Origin: Dehalococcoidia bacterium
GTDB taxonomy: Bacteria; Chloroflexota; Dehalococcoidia; DSTF01; JALHUB01
Assembly (NCBI GenBank): GCA_049511815.1
Contig: JBEKXP010000024.1
Location: 1-35,656, forward strand
DNA: 35,656 bases
Direction: 5' to 3'
Under the pieces are notes generated by a model that was not told the origin of the DNA, did not search any database, and saw only the letters and a list, made by a program, of their open reading frames with translations. The position numbers and the translations under genes were made by a program. How positions within the stretch are numbered: the stretch's first letter is position 1; every line of letters begins with the position of its first letter. Of this stretch, positions 31,489 through 35,656 are shown one piece after another.

Positions 31489-32372
31489 CGCGCCACCGCC
31501 TTCTCCGGCTGGACGATGCCTTTCCGCGTCAGGAGCGGCAGCGGGTCGACCAGCAGGCTTTGCAGGCCTAGCCGCTGCGGCGGTAGGCCGAGCGCGAGGC
31601 CCAGGAGCTGTGTGAAATAGAAGACGGGCAGCCCGAAATGCTCGCTGTTCCTCTTCTCGATGTCGCTCTGCCGCAGATCCAGGTTGAACTGGCAGAGGGG
31701 GCAGGCCGTGACGATGCAGTCGGCGCCGGCCTCCCGCGCTGCAGTCAGAATGGCGCGCGACAGGCGGAGAACGATCTCGGTCTTCGTTATGGAGAAGCTG
31801 GCGCCGCAGCAGTCGGTCTTTGCCGGCCAGTCGATGGCTTCAGCCCCGGTGGCCGTCATCAGCTTGTCGATAATCGTCGGGTTCTCGGCGTCGTCGAATC
31901 GCATTATCGCCGCCGGCCGGACGAGGAGACAGCCGTAATAGGCGGCCACGCGCAGGCCGGCGAGCGGCTTTTTGACCTTGTCGGCGATGGCGGCCATGCC
32001 GATGTCGTCACGCAAGATCTCAAGGACATGCTTCACCGGCGTCGAGCCGTCGTAGTCGGCGCCGAGGGCGTCGGCGACGAGGCGGCGGCTATTCGCGTCG
32101 CCCACGATCTCATGGTTTGCCGTTTTGAGGCGGCTGTAGCAGGCGGCGCAGGCCACCGCGACCGTCTTTCCGGAAGCGGCGGCGAGGTTGGCGGCCGGCA
32201 GCGCTAATGCCAGCAGGGCGTCGGTCTGGTGCGCGGCCGTGGAGCCGCAGCAGGTCCAGCCGGCAAGCTCCGGCAGGTCGATGCCCAGGGCCGCCGCAAC
32301 CGCATTCGTGGAGAGCGCGTAGTCCTTCGCCGTCGATTCCAGCGAGCAGCCGGGGTAGAAGACGTAGCTCAC
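31485..32372 (-). CDS. hdrB: Heterodisulfide reductase subunit B-like (CCG-domain protein)
   Basis: 295 aa. MSYVFYPGCSL..., with two CCG-type motifs (WTCCGS, AACYSRL; DCCGAS, TACPLCQFNL). Confidence 0.9.
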   Translation of the reverse strand: MSYVFYPGCSLESTAKDYALSTNAVAAALGIDLPELAGWTCCGSTAAHQTDALLALALPAANLAAASGKTVAVACAACYSRLKTANHEIVGDANSRRLVADALGADYDGSTPVKHVLEILRDDIGMAAIADKVKKPLAGLRVAAYYGCLLVRPAAIMRFDDAENPTIIDKLMTATGAEAIDWPAKTDCCGASFSITKTEIVLRLSRAILTAAREAGADCIVTACPLCQFNLDLRQSDIEKRNSEHFGLPVFYFTQLLGLALGLPPQRLGLQSLLVDPLPLLTRKGIVQPEKAVAR

Positions 32373-32935
32373 GGCGCCTTCCTTTGCTCTCGCGCCCGAC
32401 GGAAGATGCGCTGGCGCTTCGCGCGGTCGCCGTGCAGACGCGGCAGGAGCGCAAACTTGCCCTTTCGCAGCATCGTCGGGAACCTGCCGAAGTCCTGCGA
32501 AAAGCGGCGCGTGCGCAGCTTGAAGGCCGCCATCAGCGCCAGCTCGTGCGTCCGGCCGAGTTGTCGCACCGTGGCGAGGAAGATATCGTTAAAGGCGGGA
32601 ACGGCGGGATCGGCGGCGAGCTTCCTTTCGCGCGAGAGGCGTCGCAGGGCGTCGATGGCCGCGGGCAGGGCGACCGCCTGCGGGCAGCGTGCTTCGCAGG
32701 TGCCGCAGGACGTGCATTCCCAGATGAAGCGACTGGTCAGGAGCTCGTCGGTGGCGCCGAACTGGACGAGGCGAACGATCTCGTGCGGCTTCACGTCCGC
32801 TTCGGCCGCGACCGGGCAGCCGGACGTGCACTTGCGACACTGGAAGCACAGCGAAAGCGCGTCGCCTGTTAGGAGCGCCTGCAGGGCCGCCGGCGGCGTT
32901 GAGAGCGAAAGCGGGCGTTCGACGACGGCCGTCAT
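32369..32935 (-). CDS. hdrC: Heterodisulfide reductase subunit C-like (2x[4Fe-4S])
   Basis: 188 aa. It has CFQCRKCTSGCP and CTSCGTCEARCP motifs. It has 4-nt overlaps with both metF and hdrB. Confidence 0.9.
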   Translation of the reverse strand: MTAVVERPLSLSTPPAALQALLTGDALSLCFQCRKCTSGCPVAAEADVKPHEIVRLVQFGATDELLTSRFIWECTSCGTCEARCPQAVALPAAIDALRRLSRERKLAADPAVPAFNDIFLATVRQLGRTHELALMAAFKLRTRRFSQDFGRFPTMLRKGKFALLPRLHGDRAKRQRIFRRAREQRKAP

Positions 32936-33822
32936 GAGATGCCCTTCCCGCCGCTACCAGCGAGGCCTGCGCGCGAGATGACCTCCGCGGCGACGCCCGC
33001 CGTCCCGCCCCAGGCGATGTGAACGCCGCGCACGCCTTCGAGGCCGGCCAGCTTCGACGCCGTCTCCGCGCAGATCGCGATGCCTTCGGCAACGGTGTCC
33101 GTTGCGTTTCTGAGGCGCGCGACGACGGCTTCGGGCACGCGGCCGCGGCGCTGGAGCGCTTCCGCCTGCGCCACGTCGGTCAGCGGCTGGACAGTGGCGA
33201 TGATCGCGACTTCTTCGTCGATCTTCTCCTGTCGCGCCGCGTCGAGCCATTCGATGAAGGACGCGGCGTCGAAGATGGGGCTTGTCAGAAGGAATCGGGC
33301 GCCGGCCTTCGCCTTCTTCCGTGCGTCGATGAGGCTCAACTCGAGCGGTCGCAGATGCGGATAGGCCTCGGCGCCGATGAAGAGTGAAAAGGGTGCGCCG
33401 GTCAGAGAGCCGGCGAGCAGTTGTATGAGCTGAACTGGGTCGACGTCGTACACGCCGGCGGCTTCGGGCTGCGCGCCGAGCGTTTGGTGTTCGCCGGGCA
33501 GGCAGAGAATGTTTCGAACGCCCATAGCCCCGGCTCCGGCGGCATCGGCGAGAAGGGCTGTGCGGTTGCGGTCGCGGGTCAGCAGCGCCAGCACGGGCTC
33601 GACGCCCAGCGCCGCGAGCAGCGTAGACGAGATGACGGCGGAGATGGCCGGTTCGCCGCCGCTGGAGACGACGAGCGCGTCCAGCGAGGAGGGAAACGCG
33701 GCGGCAAGCGTTCGGACCGCGTCGGCGTCTTGGGTCCCCGCCGTCACGAGCTCCGCGGTCACGACGCGCCGGCCGCTCTCCAGGGCCTGCGCCAGAGTCG
33801 AGGTCGCCGCAGTCTCACTCAT
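32932..33822 (-). CDS. metF: Methylenetetrahydrofolate reductase, acetogen-type MetF
   Basis: 296 aa. It has TIM-barrel MTHFR-like blocks (VVTAEL, LLTRDRNR, GVRNILCLPGE, VDPVQLIQLL, RFLLTSPIFD). The context is hdrCBA-mvhD-metV. Confidence 0.8.
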   Translation of the reverse strand: MSETAATSTLAQALESGRRVVTAELVTAGTQDADAVRTLAAAFPSSLDALVVSSGGEPAISAVISSTLLAALGVEPVLALLTRDRNRTALLADAAGAGAMGVRNILCLPGEHQTLGAQPEAAGVYDVDPVQLIQLLAGSLTGAPFSLFIGAEAYPHLRPLELSLIDARKKAKAGARFLLTSPIFDAASFIEWLDAARQEKIDEEVAIIATVQPLTDVAQAEALQRRGRVPEAVVARLRNATDTVAEGIAICAETASKLAGLEGVRGVHIAWGGTAGVAAEVISRAGLAGSGGKGIS

Positions 33823-33823
33823 C

Positions 33824-34294
33824 TTAACCGCCTCTCTGGCTAATGCGCTTCGACAGCGGGCTCGGCTGGAGGCCGGCGAGCGCCGCGGCTGTGGCTCGAG
33901 CGAGGTCGCCCTCGCCGCCGTCCGGCGCCGGCTGGACCAGGGCCAGCCTTTCTCCGCCGAGGCCGATGTCGTCCAGGATGTTCTTCACGTAATCGATTCG
34001 TCGTTGGACGCGGCGCCGTCCTTCCAGGTAGCGGCAGCGACCGTCGCCGCAGGTGGCCACGAGCACAAGGTCGACGCCCTGCTCGAACGCCTTGAGGAAG
34101 TGCTCCGGTTGGAGCTTCCCGGCGCAGGGCACGCCGATCTCGCGCACTGAAGGCGGGGTAGGCTGGCTGGTGGGCGGAGCTTCGCGTGCCGCGCCATCGG
34201 GCGGCAAAGTGACGCAGCGGAAGAGGACGACCTCCAGCGGGGCGTCAGAGGGAGGCGCCGCAACGGCCCCGCTCTCGCTCAAGCTTCCTTCCAT
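33824..34294 (-). CDS. Second, divergent MvhD/FlpD-like protein
   Basis: It retains VPCAGKLQPE...VDLVLVATCGDGRCRYLEGRRRVQRRI, parallel to mvhD. The N-terminal CCxxC segment is replaced by RCVTLPPDG plus a Pro/Thr-rich insert. It is the first gene of the operon. The start codon is uncertain because RBS spacing at ATG 34294 is poor. Confidence 0.65.
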   Translation of the reverse strand: MEGSLSESGAVAAPPSDAPLEVVLFRCVTLPPDGAAREAPPTSQPTPPSVREIGVPCAGKLQPEHFLKAFEQGVDLVLVATCGDGRCRYLEGRRRVQRRIDYVKNILDDIGLGGERLALVQPAPDGGEGDLARATAAALAGLQPSPLSKRISQRGG

Positions 34295-34509
34295 ACCCCA
34301 GCACGTCCCTCCGATTGCCCCAACGGGCTGTCAACTAGTCTGCCACAATCGCCGAGACAAGGGAACGGCCCGCCCCCCTGGGGCAGGTTTGGGATGCTTC
34401 ACCCGGCTTGTCGATGCGGCAACCGGTTACCGTTAGCCTGCTTATATGATCGGCGGAAGCTGGGGCCGTGTCAAGTCGGAGGACGACAGCAATGGCGCAC
34501 AGCGGAGAA

Positions 34510-34551
34510 GGGCCGCTCGGTATGCCTGCCTGCAGGCAGACCGAGCGGCCC
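34510..34551 (-). terminator. Large GC hairpin between marR and the hdr/metF operon (possible marR terminator or insulator)
   Basis: 12-bp perfect arms GGGCCGCTCGGT / ACCGAGCGGCCC enclose a second palindrome CTGCC-TGCA-GGCAG. On the minus strand only a weak TTCTCC follows. Confidence 0.3.
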
Positions 34552-34653
34552 ACGAGAGCGCAGCGTCGGCCGCTTGCGGCTCGACGTTGCTAGACAACTG
34601 AAACGCCGGTCGAATCGATCGGTCGTGGTCGCCTTTCGACGCGGCCCCGGGTC

Positions 34654-35151
34654 CTACGGGCGCACGCCTGGCTTGCGAGACAGGCCGGCGGCGGCGGCGT
34701 CACGGATCTTCTCGCACGACGTCTTGAGATGCTCCTTCTCGGCCGCCGTCAGCGCGCCGAACAGCTTCGACGCGGCCTGGTCTGCCACCGCCGAAGCCTC
34801 TTCGTACTTCTTGGTGCCTGGCTTCGTGAACTCAACCAGCCTCTTGCGGCGGTCCTTGGGGTCGCCGTGCGTGTGCACCCAGCCCTTCGCCTCCGTCCGG
34901 TCAACGAGACCCGTCAGGCTGTTGGGCTCCTTCACCATCCACTTTGCGAGGGCGCTGATCGTCAGCGGGCGCCGCTCGCGGGCGAGAAGGCCCAGGAGCT
35001 GCAACTGCGGCAGGGAGATTCCCTGCGGTATGAGCGCGGATTCTTGCACCTTGAAGACAGCGTTGTATGCCTGATACAGCGGCTGCCACTCACCATTCAC
35101 TTGAGCTTTGCCTGCACTGGCGGTCTTTGGGGCAGGGGTTTTCCTTGGCAC
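34654..35151 (-). CDS. MarR-family transcriptional regulator
   Basis: 165 aa with GTG start. The winged-helix region is LPQLQLLGLLARERRPLTISALAKWMVKEPNSLTGLVDRTEAKGWVHTHGDPKDRRKRLVEFTKPG. Confidence 0.88.
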   Translation of the reverse strand: MPRKTPAPKTASAGKAQVNGEWQPLYQAYNAVFKVQESALIPQGISLPQLQLLGLLARERRPLTISALAKWMVKEPNSLTGLVDRTEAKGWVHTHGDPKDRRKRLVEFTKPGTKKYEEASAVADQAASKLFGALTAAEKEHLKTSCEKIRDAAAAGLSRKPGVRP

Positions 35152-35656
35152 TATTCAGGTCCTTCCTTTCGTTTTAGTTAACGCTCCTTCGATTGGAGCA
35201 TTGTCCTTGGGCGGTCATTCGGACGTACTGTTCTTTGGTAACTTGAATGATACCAAATTGTCAAGCCCTTTGCGTTTTTCTGCAAGAACTGAGGGCAGAT
35301 GGTCATTTCCCCCGGCCGGGAATTGGGGGCAAACCCTTATTCCCTGTGGCCGAGTCGCGTTATATGCTGGCCGCGGGGTTGTCGGTTCCAGGGAGGGACA
35401 CCAGAATACCGGGCTTATGCCGATATTCAAGTCGAGTCGAGGAGGGGCGGAAGTAGTGCGGCGCACGCTTGAGGACGCAATCTCGACCAATCCTCCAAAA
35501 GTCCCATCAGCGCGCTTGCCCGGCGCGAACCAAAGACGGGTGCTAACCGTATCTGCGCGAGCCGGAAGCGAAGCCAGGACTTTTTACAGATTGACAACAA
35601 TTCCTTGAGTTCCCTCGGTTAGCATCCGCATCGACATCAGTGCTTCGTCGTTGCTG

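Noticed and set aside
35328-35335. GGCAAACC motif suggesting a c-di-GMP-I (GEMM) riboswitch.
   Set aside because: The partner conserved segment (GGGACGCAAAGCC-like) and the paired-helix architecture are absent nearby. This is most likely a chance match.
35108-35608. 166-aa ORF on the + strand at the right edge, including a possible internal GTG start after GAGGAGGGG at about 35456.
   Set aside because: It overlaps the marR start, has no recognisable domain and has weak codon-position GC bias. Evidence is insufficient to call a gene.
35588-35656. Partial minus-strand ORF entering from the window edge (...SNDEALMSMRMLTEGTQGIVVNL-stop).
   Set aside because: Only about 23 codons are visible and no motif is present, so it cannot be distinguished from chance.

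Overview
This is a GC-rich bacterial chromosomal window, mostly core genes, tightly packed, with many spurious antisense ORFs. A Chloroflexota-like origin is only a guess from gene content.

Gene order, left to right:
- 3' part of rpoC, truncated by the window edge, with a terminator.
- A convergent TIGR03960-type radical SAM gene.
- A Bacillus-like yacL(PIN/TRAM)-ispD-ispF-cysE-cysS block.
- tRNA-Thr, tRNA-Tyr and tRNA-Thr, then tuf-rpmG-secE-nusG-rplK-rplA-(leader)-rplJ-rplL.
- A zinc-finger/LysM membrane protein and radC.
- Three tandem paralogous small lipoprotein genes, the third frameshifted.
- Convergent larB-larC, both apparently lacking canonical start codons.
- A riboswitch-like leader with a terminator/RBS-sequestering hairpin. 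It precedes a pore-less MgtE cytoplasmic module (PRC-PRC-MgtE_N-CBS) and a divergent NRAMP-family permease.
- A zinc-ribbon / Gly-Ala-Thr repeat / His-rich membrane protein.
- A translationally coupled 7-gene minus-strand operon, mvhD-like, metF, hdrC, hdrB, giant hdrA, mvhD, metV. This is an acetogen-type MetFV-HdrABC-MvhD methylene-THF reductase cluster. Its 1473-aa HdrA is a tandem fusion carrying an embedded GltD/NfnB-like NAD(P)H module.
- An upstream marR, then about 0.5 kb of lower-GC sequence with no convincing gene.

I found no CRISPR array, mobile element or recognisable defence system. The best candidates for something undescribed are the riboswitch-gated sensor-plus-NRAMP pair, the HdrA mega-fusion, and the triplicated lipoprotein family.
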